A model generated the notes under the pieces. The model was given only the letters and a program-made list of their open reading frames with translations, searched no databases and was not told the DNA's origin. Of a stretch of DNA of 64,000 nt, positions 38,853 to 48,571 are shown one piece after another. Location of the stretch: assembly GCA_965226375.1 (NCBI GenBank), contig CBDDCX010000008.1, positions 1,184,001-1,248,000 on the forward strand, read 5' to 3'. Made by a program: the position numbers and the translations under genes. Position 1 is the stretch's first letter; every line of letters begins with the position of its first letter. The stretch is from Longimicrobiales bacterium. GTDB lineage: Bacteria; Gemmatimonadota; Gemmatimonadetes; Longimicrobiales; Gaopeijiaceae.

Positions 38853-40165
38853 TTCTCCCTGAAGCGGACCCGAATGGGACTTCCCAGGAACGTCCAACGA
38901 TCCCTGAGACTGTTGTGGACGTAGCGAATGTAGTGTTCGGGCAGGGCCTTAGGGAGATTGGCAAAGAAGATGAAGGTCGGGGGCGCCACCGAGACCTGAG
39001 TGCCATATCGGATCTTGATCCTGTGGCCCCTGCTGTGTGGCGGCGGCTGGTGGCGCAGGAATCCCGCCAGGGCCTCGTTGACCTCGGGCGTGCCGATCCT
39101 CCGGTGTCTCTCTTCCTGCACGTCGAGGATCATGTCGAGACACTTCCTGACCCGCTGACCGGACAGAGCCGATGTGAAGACCACCGGGATCCACTTGAGA
39201 AAGGGTGCCCGCTCCTGGAGGTCCTTTTCGAACTGGGGAGCGGTCATGGTGTCCTTTTCGACCAGGTCCCACTTGTTCGCGACCAGGATTACACCCGCTC
39301 CGGATTCCCACGCCTGCTCCGCGACCCTGAGGTCCTGGACATGCAGCGGCTCCGTGGCGTCGACCAGCACCAGACACACGTCGGCCTCACGCACGACCTT
39401 GGCAGTCCGCAGGGCCGAATAGTATTCGATCGAGTCTTTGATCTTGGACTGACGGCGGAGTCCGGCCGTGTCCACGAAGACGAACGTCTTGCCGTGATAC
39501 TGGAGGGGGGAGTCCACCGGGTCACGCGTGGTACCGGCCACCTCGCTCACCACCACCCGATCCTCCCCGAAGAGGCGGTTCACGAAGCTCGATTTTCCGA
39601 CGTTCGGCTTTCCTACAACCGCCACACGGATCAGATTTTCGTCCTCTTCGACCTCTTCCAACTCGGGCAGATTGGCGACCAAAGCATCCAGAAGATCGCC
39701 TGAGCCCTTCCCGGACATAGCGCTCACAGGCATCGGATCGCCCATGCCCAGGCTCCAGAAGTCCAGATGGCCCTGGTCCCGAGGCATGTTGTCCATCTTG
39801 TTCACGACAAGCAGAACCGGGGGACCGCTCTTTCTCAGGATTTCTGCAAGACGCTCGTCGAGGGGATGAACGCCCGCCTTGCCGTCCACGAGGAAGAGTA
39901 TGGCGTCGGCTTCGGCCACGGCGGCGTAGGCCTGCTCACGAATGGCCTTATGCAGTGGCTCGTCGCTGCCCTCGATGACACCTCCGGTATCGACCAGGAA
40001 AAAGTGCTTTCCCGCCCAATCGGCTTTGCTGAAGTTCCTATCGCGCGTGACGCCGGGTTGGTCGTCGACGATAGCCACGCGCCCGCCGATCACACGGTTG
40101 AAGAACGTGGACTTTCCCACGTTCGGCCTGCCCACCACTGCCACGACCGGCATACCCCTATTCAT
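38849..40165 (-). CDS. der: Ribosome biogenesis GTPase Der (EngA)
   Basis: Two G domains (GRPNVGKS, GKPNVGKS; DTGG/DTAG; NKMD/NKWD) plus KH-like C-terminus. Confidence 0.96.
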   Translation of the reverse strand: MNRGMPVVAVVGRPNVGKSTFFNRVIGGRVAIVDDQPGVTRDRNFSKADWAGKHFFLVDTGGVIEGSDEPLHKAIREQAYAAVAEADAILFLVDGKAGVHPLDERLAEILRKSGPPVLLVVNKMDNMPRDQGHLDFWSLGMGDPMPVSAMSGKGSGDLLDALVANLPELEEVEEDENLIRVAVVGKPNVGKSSFVNRLFGEDRVVVSEVAGTTRDPVDSPLQYHGKTFVFVDTAGLRRQSKIKDSIEYYSALRTAKVVREADVCLVLVDATEPLHVQDLRVAEQAWESGAGVILVANKWDLVEKDTMTAPQFEKDLQERAPFLKWIPVVFTSALSGQRVRKCLDMILDVQEERHRRIGTPEVNEALAGFLRHQPPPHSRGHRIKIRYGTQVSVAPPTFIFFANLPKALPEHYIRYVHNSLRDRWTFLGSPIRVRFREN

Positions 40166-41448
40166 CGACGTGCACCGCCAGGCTCCCCAGACATTCCAAC
40201 AGATCGTATCCGGTAACGACCTCGGCGGGGGCCAAGGCTTCGCGAACCTCGGTCAACGGAACGCTGTCGATGAATAAAGCGTCGGCGTTGATCGCTTCGG
40301 CCGGCAACAGCACGATCTCGTCTTCCCGTGTGTCACCGACGGCCTCCAGGATGTCCCGTCCCCCTAGGAGCCCGGCCACGGTCACGCTCTCACCGTAGAA
40401 GTCATTGACCACTCCGACCACGTCCACGGTAGATCCGACGGCCCGGGACAGGCGGGACGCTCGTTCACGAAACAACGGCTCCATGCTCAGCCCGGTCACG
40501 ATCCGAAGTGTGCGTCCAGGAATGGTCGGAGCGCCCGGCAGCCCCTTCTCGAAGTCGCGCACGAACCGGTTGATCGCACCCACTCCGTTCTCCGTGAGGG
40601 AGCCCTCGTCGTAGTACGCATCTTCCGGGAAAACGCCGCCGGCGATCAGGTACATTTCGTCGGCGGCATAACACCACCCTCGGCCCCTCTCCTCCAGGGC
40701 CTTTACCCGGATACGATCCACCTGGCCGATGGCCGCCAGCGCCTGATCCGGAGTCAGCAAGTCGACGGGACGCCCCAGGTTGTACTTGGTGAGTCCCACA
40801 GGCACCACCGACAGGGATCGGACGCCCTCTCCCAGGTCGTACAGATCGGCGATAGTGCGGTCCAGGTGCTCCCCATCGTTCCACTCGGGACACAGCACGA
40901 CCTGCGTGTGTACCTCGAGGCCGTTGTCGAGCAGATACCGGAGCTGGTCCATGATGAGGCCGGCTCGCTCGTTGACCAGCAACCGCTCGCGCACTTCGGG
41001 TTCGGTGGCGTGCACGCTCACGTAGAGCGGGCTGATCCTCTGCTCCACCAGGCGTTCCATACCCCGGGGGGCCCACGTTGGTGAGCGTCACGTAGCTCCC
41101 GTACGTGAACGAGAGCCGGAAATCGTCGTCCCTGAGCCAAAGCGTACCGCGTGCATCTTTGGGATTTCCGTCGATGAAGCAGAACACGCACTTGTTGCCG
41201 CACTCGCGAATCGTGTCGGGGGCCGGGACGATACCGACCGGTTCCCCGAGTTCACGTTCGATCTCGTAGAATATCGAATCCCCGGCGGGATTCACGGTCT
41301 CGAGCTCCAAGGCACTCTCAGCCAGGAGGAAGGTCAAGTCGATGCCGTCACGGACTCGCTGCCCGTTGATCCGGACGATGCGCGTCCCGATCTCCAGGTG
41401 GAGTTCGTCCGCAATGCTGCCGGCTTCGATCTCTGCGATTCGTACCAC
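40158..41448 (-). CDS. DUF512 domain putative Fe-S protein with N-terminal PDZ (frameshift at about 41062-41073)
   Basis: GSIADEL..RING, CGNKCVFCFID, DDDFRLSFTYGSYVTLTN in one frame; ISPLYVSVHAT, QVVLCP, VVPVGLTK, ADEMY, ENGVG, VTVAGLL in the next. Confidence 0.85.
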
Positions 41449-41586
41449 GGATGGGACTCTCTGATCAGGAAAGAGGTCGGAAATTAATAGGAATCTCAAC
41501 AAATTCATCCAATGATGGTACAGGTCGGTTAAAATCGTTTGACGGGAGCCGGAACCACCGGGGGAGGAATTGCGTAGATTGGGCTC

Positions 41587-42972
41587 ATGAGGATTGAACG
41601 CTATCGAAGGGGATCGGGCGGTGTGGGGGTGTTGCGGGTTGGTGCGCTCCTCGGCGCCCTGCTCTCCTCGGCGTGTGGTGAGCAGGTCGATCAGATCCGG
41701 AACGAGTTCCGGGACCTGACGCCTCATGAAGCCTATTACGAGTCCCTGCGAGCCGTCGGCTTGGCCGAGACCGCGTTGGGCACCGCGTGGTCCGAGGCTG
41801 CCTCCCGTTCTCTCGATGAGGCTCCCACCGTCGGGCTTCCCTACGAAGAGGAAGGCTTCCTCTTCCCTGAGACGCCGGGGGCCAGGAGCTACCTCGTGGA
41901 GCTCAGGCGCGGCCAACGACTGTCTCTGGATGTCGAACTGGACGGCGATGGGCCGACACGTCTGTTCCTGGACATCTACCGCATGCAGAGTGATCCCGGC
42001 AGGGCTCCCCTTCCGGTGTTGTCCTCGGACTCGGTACGCGGTGAAGTGGAGTACGTGGCGAGCCGGCGAGCCGATTACGTGGTCCGTCTCCAACCGGAGC
42101 TCCTGCGCGGCGGCCACTACCGCGTCGTCCTGAGAGCCGAAGCCTCCATGTCCTTTCCCGTGGAGGGACGGAACACCCGCGCCATCCTCAGCGTGTTCGG
42201 CGCGGACCGAGACGCTGGACGGCGCAGCCACCATGGTGTCGACATCTTCGCGCCTCGGGGCACGCCGGTGCTGTCCGCGACTCCGGGTCGTGTCACGCGA
42301 GTCCGGAATACGGCGATCGGTGGCAAGGTCGTTTGGGTGCGTGACTCGGACGAGCCCAATTCGGTGTACTACGCCCACCTCGATAGTCAGGTCGTAGAGG
42401 CGGGGGCCACCGTGGTCAAAGGGACCCTGCTCGGGTTCGTGGGCAATACCGGCAACGCCCGAACCACGCCGCCGCACCTGCACTTCGGGGTGTACCGGCG
42501 GCGTGAGGGGCCCGTGGACCCCTACTACTACCTTCTTAAGCCCTCTCAGGACCTGGTGGCGACCTCGGCCCCCTTGGACCACCTGGGTGCGTGGACACGA
42601 ACGATCAACCAGGGCATTCGGCTCAGAGGCGGACCCAGTCGTCGAGCCGAAGTCGTGGCCGAACTCGAAGAACACACCCCCGTGCGTGTTCTGGGGGCCG
42701 CCGGATCATGGTATCGAGTCCGCCTCCCCGATGGACGAGTCGGGTTCATTGCAGCCCGACTCACCGAGGCCGTGAATGAACCACTCCGCAGCCAGGTCCT
42801 GGCGCAGACCTCGCCCATGGTGAGCGGCCCGAGTGACAGTGCCCCGATGATGGAGGCAGTGGAGGCCGGTACGGGCGTGTCGGTGCTGGGAACCTTCGAG
42901 GGATTCCTGTACGTGCAGTCCCCGGGCGGGAATACGGGCTGGATGGCCAGCGAGCCCAGCACCTTCCCTTAG
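41587..42972 (+). CDS. M23-family peptidase lipoprotein with C-terminal SH3 domains
   Basis: HHGVDIFAPRGTPV, YYAHL, VGNTGNA..TPPHLHFG; SH3b-like LRGGPS..WYRVRLPDG..GF. Confidence 0.88.
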   Translation: MRIERYRRGSGGVGVLRVGALLGALLSSACGEQVDQIRNEFRDLTPHEAYYESLRAVGLAETALGTAWSEAASRSLDEAPTVGLPYEEEGFLFPETPGARSYLVELRRGQRLSLDVELDGDGPTRLFLDIYRMQSDPGRAPLPVLSSDSVRGEVEYVASRRADYVVRLQPELLRGGHYRVVLRAEASMSFPVEGRNTRAILSVFGADRDAGRRSHHGVDIFAPRGTPVLSATPGRVTRVRNTAIGGKVVWVRDSDEPNSVYYAHLDSQVVEAGATVVKGTLLGFVGNTGNARTTPPHLHFGVYRRREGPVDPYYYLLKPSQDLVATSAPLDHLGAWTRTINQGIRLRGGPSRRAEVVAELEEHTPVRVLGAAGSWYRVRLPDGRVGFIAARLTEAVNEPLRSQVLAQTSPMVSGPSDSAPMMEAVEAGTGVSVLGTFEGFLYVQSPGGNTGWMASEPSTFP

Positions 42973-42977
42973 AAGAG

Positions 42978-44112
42978 TTGGCCGGCTTGGAGCTGCGTGA
43001 CCGGCTGCGGGCCGCCAAAGAGCGGGGTGAGCCCCCCACGATCATCGCCCGGCACCGCATCGACGGCCCTGGGTCCACGTTGGACATGCGTGAGTTCCAA
43101 CAGGGTCTGTGGAAACCTCCGGTCTGGCCCGACGATCCACGCTCCGATCCGAGCGCTGCCTGGAGCGCCGAACTTCCCCGCACCATCTGCTTGACGATCG
43201 ACACCGGCACCCGAGTCGACGCCCACCCTCACGAGGCGGGCATGATCGCCGTCCGTTCTTCCGAGTACGGCACCGAAGTAGTGGGTCGCGCAGGACGGGT
43301 GGCTGCGAACCAGGCGAACTGGTTGGTCAAGGCGATCGACACCTTCGGCTTGAACGGGCTCGCCTTTGAGCTCCACAGCCTACGCCCCGGGCTCCTGTCC
43401 GCCGGTCTCGGCGGTTCGGCTACGGCCATGACGGCGGTATGCCTCTTGGCCAACAGGTTGGCCGGTGACCCCATGGACGGACTCCAGATCGTCGCTCTGG
43501 CGTCACGCCTCGAACAGGACCTGGGCACGAGTCTTACCGGCACTCAGGAACAGTCCAACGTGGTGTGGGGCGGAGTCGTCGACTACGTGTGGCTACCGTG
43601 GGGAATCCCGGGGGAACCGCGGCAAGGACTCGGCACTTCCCTACGTTATGACCTCGCCGAGCCGGACCGGTACCACGAGTTCTCGCAACGCATGGGCCCT
43701 CTTCCACACCGGTAAGACACGCTTCAGCTCCACGGTCAACCAAACCTGGTGCGACACGCTCCGCGACGAAGAATGCTTCCCGCGACTGACGGAGCTTCCG
43801 GGACACGCGTATGACTATCGTGAAGGGTTACGCCTGGGAGACTGGGCGCGCGTGCTCGAGAGCATCCGAGGATTCAGGCAGGTGCGTGTCGATCTCGTGC
43901 CACCCTATATGGCTGTAGCCGAGGCGCTGGCCGATCACGCCACTACGCTGGGCGTCGAGGTGTTCCCCTTGGGAGCCGGCGGGGGGGGAAGCGTGTTGGC
44001 GTTCGCTCCAGACCCCGCGGTGCTCGACACGCTACGGTCCCAGGTGATCGGTACGTACGACGAGATTCCCTTCCGGCTTATGGGGAAGGGACATGAGTTC
44101 ACGAACTGCTGA
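42978..44112 (+). CDS. GHMP-superfamily (HddA-like) sugar kinase, frameshift near 43695
   Basis: RVD, SAGLGGS, TGTQEQ..WGG, LFHTGKTRFS, LGAGGGGS; the two halves join if one G of ATGGGCC is removed. Confidence 0.7.
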
Positions 44113-44142
44113 GCTGGCCGACGGACCGAACGGCCGCGTCGT

Positions 44143-44454
44143 CTAGATCAAGAACGGCGCGACCAACCCTGCCATCGCCAGGACCGCAAACCACATTGCG
44201 GGCCGCGCGAACCAGGGCCGAAGCTCCTTGCGCACGTCGGTGATCCGATGGGGATTGATGGCGATGGCCATACGACCTTCCTCATCCTTCTTCCCGTCGA
44301 TGAGGCGGTCCTTCAGGAGGCCGTTCACGGCCTGCTGATACTTCGCGGCCTTGTCGCCATATCCGGGCAGAGTGCTCGGTCGTGTATAGTGACCGGCGCC
44401 GTTGCCGTCGTGAATCCGGTCCAGCTGTTTCAGAATTGTCTTCCGCGGTGACAT
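44143..44454 (-). CDS. Hypothetical protein with C-terminal membrane anchor
   Basis: GAGGG RBS; 103 aa; hydrophobic tail. Confidence 0.55.
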   Translation of the reverse strand: MSPRKTILKQLDRIHDGNGAGHYTRPSTLPGYGDKAAKYQQAVNGLLKDRLIDGKKDEEGRMAIAINPHRITDVRKELRPWFARPAMWFAVLAMAGLVAPFLI

Positions 44455-44551
44455 GAGCCCCTCACGGTACGGTTTATCGTCAACCCGTCCACACTACGAG
44501 ATCATAGCCTCAGAAGTTTTGGAAGGTTCCAAACTGATTAGACGGCGGCAC

Positions 44552-45260
44552 GCTTCGCGGAGCACGGATTTCCTGCCGGCAATGACCTGATCGGCGTTCC
44601 CGAAGTGGACCTGCTCGGGGGTTAGCATCGAGATGCCGCCATGGCGGTGCTCGGCATTGTACCAGCGGAAGAACGATCGACAGAACGTCTTGGCTTGGCC
44701 CTGATCCCCGAACCGTCCGGGAAACGAGGGATGGTACTTCGGGAGCCTCGGAAAACGGGTTGTCATCCGACACCTGAGGCCGGCTCAACGAGCGGGTCAC
44801 GCCGAGGTCAGCGAGAAGTTGAGCGGTGCATTGGCTCGTCATTGGAGCTCCCCGATCCGAGTGCAGGGTCAGGACCCGGGGCTGGACGCCATGCTTCAGG
44901 CAGCTCTGCTGGATCAACCGGCCGGCCAGGGCCGAGTTCTCCCGGTCCGCCACCATCCAGCCCACGACGTAGCGGCTGTAGATGTCCATGATGACGTAGA
45001 GGTAGTAATAGCTCCACTTCTTCGGCCCGAGCAGCCGCGTGATATCCCAGGACCACACCTGGTTCGGCGCCGTGGCCATCAACTCGGGCTTCTTGCGGGA
45101 TGGGTGCGCTGCGCCCGGCGTTCCTGAACCGGCACCTCGGAGGCCAGAACACGATACATCGTGCGTTCGCTGCACAGGTAGACCTCTTCGTCGAGCAGCG
45201 TGGGTCCACACCGCTCGTTCGGTTGATGGGTCCTCGGGAGACCTCGAGGGCCGCGCACGC
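44552..45260 (-). pseudogene. Eroded second copy of the IS3-like orfB at 10.9-11.7 kb
   Basis: Long stretches identical to about 10890-11732 with several internal deletions; no termini. Confidence 0.9.
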
Positions 45261-45365
45261 GCAGCGCGCCCCCGGTCACCTGAATTGTCACACTCCGCTC
45301 CTCCATCGTCTCAGGAGGTTGTGCCGGGTGTTAACCGTCGTTCGAGAGGACGTGCACACAAAACC

Positions 45366-45611
45366 GTGAGCCCATACATACCGCAGGATCGACGTCGAGC
45401 AATCGACGAACAGGGTGCGCTACCGACCAACACCGGAGAGCTCACATACGCGCTATACCGGATGTGCCTCGATTACTTGCCGCCCAACGCGCGCTTCGCC
45501 GACTACTCGGAGGTCGTGGCCGCCCTGGAGTGCGCAAAGCTCGAGTTCTACCGACGTCGCGTGGCACCGTATGAGGACATCAAGATCACTGAGAGTGGTG
45601 ACGTGGTGTGA
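45366..45611 (+). CDS. Small conserved hypothetical protein (DUF6899-like)
   Basis: PYIPQDRR..GELTY..Y.EVVAALECAKLEFYRRRVAPYEDIKI.ESGDV; family name is from memory. Confidence 0.55.
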   Translation: MSPYIPQDRRRAIDEQGALPTNTGELTYALYRMCLDYLPPNARFADYSEVVAALECAKLEFYRRRVAPYEDIKITESGDVV

Positions 45612-45653
45612 GGGTCGTATCAGACGCTCGGCGGCCGCCGCAGGAGTCCCCGT

Positions 45654-46541
45654 TTATTGTCCCGGCTCTGCCCTCATGATGAACCCCTTGGTCCAAATGA
45701 GGATCGCTCCACACGGACTCCTCATACCACCCACCCAAGCGGGCAGACCGCCCGCACCGGGATAGACCTCGACCGCCCCGATCTCAGCGACGTTGATGAG
45801 GCTCTGCCAGCCCGAACGTACCAAGTCAGTGTCACCCACCAGCTCGGCGAGCGGGCCTCCCGGCGTCCGCAACGGGTCCCCGGGATTCAGGGACTGACCC
45901 GCACCAAGGTCGATGACCCCGTCCTGCACGGTCCTACCATCGATGCTGATACTCGGACGACAGCCCCGTCGGCGGGTCGAGAATATGTCATACTCGTACC
46001 CCATGTCCGGGCGGACCACCATGACCCCCGTCATACCCTGGAAGACATCCTGGATATCGAGGGGTGGCCTTTCCTCAAAGTACTCCGGTGTCCGCATCTC
46101 ACCGAACCCCATATACTCTCGTTCGTAGAATCCGACACGGGCCAAGGCGATGCTCTCCCCCTCGACGATCGCGTCGAGTGGGTCCAGCAGAACAGGATCG
46201 ATTTGCAGACGCAGCTCAGCCATGGCGGCCTGCCCCGCTTCGAGCGCAAACCTCTCTGAAGTAGAAGCCTCATACCCGATACGCGTGGCGCGGAGCCGAT
46301 ACGCGCCGACCTCGGGCATCTCAGCGACGAACGCGCCATTCTCGTCCGTGACATACGTTTCGACTACGCTGTCATCCGAGTCCAGCAAAGCGACTTCGGC
46401 TATCCCCACGGGCTGGCCCGAGTCGTCGTCGACCACCGTCCCGATGATGGTCTGCGCCCAGGCGGGTGTGGTCGACCCGAACGTGAACAGAAGAGCGAGT
46501 ATGACCCCGTGCGGCCAGCCGCGTGGGTAGGCTCCATTCAC
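45654..46541 (-). CDS. Exported protein with carboxypeptidase-regulatory-like (CarboxypepD_reg) and plug-like domains
   Basis: Signal AWA|QTIIGTVVDDDSGQPV..TDENGAF..YRLRATRIGY; GFYER; IGAVEVY..CGAILIWT. Confidence 0.7.
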   Translation of the reverse strand: MNGAYPRGWPHGVILALLFTFGSTTPAWAQTIIGTVVDDDSGQPVGIAEVALLDSDDSVVETYVTDENGAFVAEMPEVGAYRLRATRIGYEASTSERFALEAGQAAMAELRLQIDPVLLDPLDAIVEGESIALARVGFYEREYMGFGEMRTPEYFEERPPLDIQDVFQGMTGVMVVRPDMGYEYDIFSTRRRGCRPSISIDGRTVQDGVIDLGAGQSLNPGDPLRTPGGPLAELVGDTDLVRSGWQSLINVAEIGAVEVYPGAGGLPAWVGGMRSPCGAILIWTKGFIMRAEPGQ

Positions 46542-46653
46542 TGGTTCATCTCCCTTCACCGGAGTAGGACGACTTATTCGTGTCACGTCCCTAAGATACG
46601 ATGTCGGACGGAGCAGGGTTACCCCTGCGATCGCGCACCAGGTACGCTGAGAA

Positions 46654-46686
46654 CAGCCCCGCAAGGATCCAAGTCCTTGCAGGGCT
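46654..46686 (-). terminator. Hairpin downstream of tRNA-Gly (probable terminator)
   Basis: Minus strand AGCCCTGCAAGGA-CTTGGA-TCCTTGCGGGGCT. Confidence 0.6.
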
Positions 46687-46702
46687 TTCTTGTTTGGGTC
46701 AA

Positions 46703-46775
46703 AGCGGGCGACCGGACTCGAACCGGCGACCCTCAGCTTGGGAAGCTGATGCTCTACCAACTGAGCTACGCCCGC
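46703..46775 (-). tRNA. tRNA-Gly(CCC), downstream copy
   Basis: GCGGGCGTAGCTCAGTTGGTAGAGCATCAGCTTCCCAAGCTGAGGGTCGCCGGTTCGAGTCCGGTCGCCCGCT. Confidence 0.95.
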
Positions 46776-46842
46776 GAAGGTCGTCGCCAGACCTCTGAGA
46801 ACAGCCCCGCAAGGATCCAAAGGGCTTTCTTGTTTGGGTCAA

Positions 46843-46915
46843 AGCGGGCGACCGGACTCGAACCGGCGACCCTCAGCTTGGGAAGCTGATGCTCTACCAA
46901 CTGAGCTACGCCCGC
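46843..46915 (-). tRNA. tRNA-Gly(CCC), upstream copy
   Basis: Identical to 46703-46775. Confidence 0.93.
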
Positions 46916-46948
46916 GAAGGTCGTTAATCTATACGGGCCGTAGGGGCG

Positions 46949-46984
46949 AAAAAAGGCCGGGCGCCCCGCTGGGACGCCCGGCCT
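46949..46984 (-). terminator. Rho-independent terminator after the TPR gene
   Basis: Minus strand AGGCCGGGCGTCCC-AGC-GGGGCGCCCGGCC-TTTTTT. Confidence 0.85.
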
Positions 46985-47008
46985 CGAGCCTCTTGGTCAG
47001 TCCGACGA

Positions 47009-48391
47009 CTAGCTCATGACCTCGTAGCTGTAGCCCATGACCGCGCGCTCGGTGTCGATCGACACCTGGAACCGCTGGGCGACGTCCACCGGCGGTACGG
47101 GCACGGAAACGTCCTTGGTCCCGAGTTCTACTCCACCATCGTCGTAAAAGTGGAAACGTAGCGAAACGGAGGCACCCTCTTCGAGCAGCTTGTTGGTCAC
47201 CGTGCCCAACACGAGCCCTCCATCACCCCTCGGCTGTAGCTGAAGATCGTCGACTAAGAACGTCATCTCCTGCATCGCCGTCAGGAGGGGGCCGACCTCA
47301 TCCGAGCGCCCAACCTGGGACAGAGCCCTGAGGTGCATCTGGTAGACCAGGTAATTCCGCCCGTCCATGTCCATCAGCTTCTGGGAGAGCGGAAGCTGAG
47401 CCTCGTAGTTCTCTGTAAGGGCCAGAGTCTGTACCAGGTTCTGGAGCGCGTCCCGGTACATGGGCGCCCGCTCGAGAACCTTCTCGAAGGCGATGGTCGC
47501 ACGCTCGTACGCCTCGGCTCCGTAGAGCGTGACCCCGGCGTTGAAGTAGTCGAGCGCCGACGCATCGTCGCTCTCCAGGATTTCGTCGTAGATGCCCAGG
47601 GCATCTTCGGCCTGTCCGGACTGCCCCAGGGCGATGGCCAAGCCACTCCGCGCCCGGTCGTCGTCGGGGTCCAGCTCCAGGATCTCCCGATAGATGGCCA
47701 CCGCCTCTTCGGCGCGATCATTTGCGCCAAGGACCTGTGCCAGGTTGGTCAAGGCCATCGGCCGCAACTCGTCGAGCCACTGTTGCCGGCTCGCTTCGTC
47801 CTTCGGCTTCGAGTCCGGAGAATCGATCACCGTGATCGCGGCCCTCCAGGCCTCGATGCTCTCATCCGGCTGTCCATTGTTGGCGTACGTGGCACCGAGG
47901 TTGAGAAACGCTTCTGGACGCTTGTCGAAGATGACGTTAGCGATACTGAAAAACTCCAGAGCGCCGTCCGTGTCATCCAAGTCCAGCGCCGCGATGCCCT
48001 CGTTGTAGGCATCGATCCAGCCGTTCTCGCGGTAGACGCCTGTCCCGCCTTCCTCGTCGAAGTAATCGGGATAAAGATCCTCAGCCTGATCGAAGGCGCT
48101 GTCAGCGGCCGCGTATTCCAGGAGCCCTAACCTAGCTACGCCCAGATGCAGAAAGCCCGTCGGGTTGGTCGGGTCACGGTCGATGGCCTTGTAGACGTCC
48201 TCGAGGGCCTCTCTGTAGCTCTCGGCGGCGACTAGCTGATCCTCGAGGCCCTGGGCCTTTTGCAGCTTGATGGCGACGAGCGCGTTACGGCTCTCCATCC
48301 GAGGTTCGTTCTCGGCGTCCTGGGCCAACGCCTGGGGCGGAGCCAGCAAGGCTCCGATGGCAAATAGGGTCAATCCCGCACGGAGGTACAT
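47009..48391 (-). CDS. Exported tetratricopeptide repeat protein
   Basis: Signal peptide ALA|Q; multiple TPR motifs; beta-rich C-terminal domain. Confidence 0.8.
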   Translation of the reverse strand: MYLRAGLTLFAIGALLAPPQALAQDAENEPRMESRNALVAIKLQKAQGLEDQLVAAESYREALEDVYKAIDRDPTNPTGFLHLGVARLGLLEYAAADSAFDQAEDLYPDYFDEEGGTGVYRENGWIDAYNEGIAALDLDDTDGALEFFSIANVIFDKRPEAFLNLGATYANNGQPDESIEAWRAAITVIDSPDSKPKDEASRQQWLDELRPMALTNLAQVLGANDRAEEAVAIYREILELDPDDDRARSGLAIALGQSGQAEDALGIYDEILESDDASALDYFNAGVTLYGAEAYERATIAFEKVLERAPMYRDALQNLVQTLALTENYEAQLPLSQKLMDMDGRNYLVYQMHLRALSQVGRSDEVGPLLTAMQEMTFLVDDLQLQPRGDGGLVLGTVTNKLLEEGASVSLRFHFYDDGGVELGTKDVSVPVPPVDVAQRFQVSIDTERAVMGYSYEVMS

Positions 48392-48571
48392 CCGATTGCT
48401 CTCCTGATGAAACGAAGTGTGTACAGACCGAATAATTTAGAACTGCTTCGAAAGGGCGGCAATCCATCGTTCAATCGATACCAACTTATACTGCAAGACT
48501 TCCAAGGTGTTTCAACTGCAAGAATCGTCTACAAGCACAGGGTTGCCGATCCAGCCGGTCTACGGGAATGA

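Noticed and set aside
40465..42675. 736-aa minus-strand ORF in the track
   Set aside because: It is the antisense shadow of the M23 peptidase run into the true DUF512 N-terminus; only about 41060-41448 is real coding sequence.
46647..46924. Repeat-spacer-repeat pattern read as CRISPR
   Set aside because: The repeats are whole tRNA genes with flanks, there are only two units, and no cas genes are in the window.
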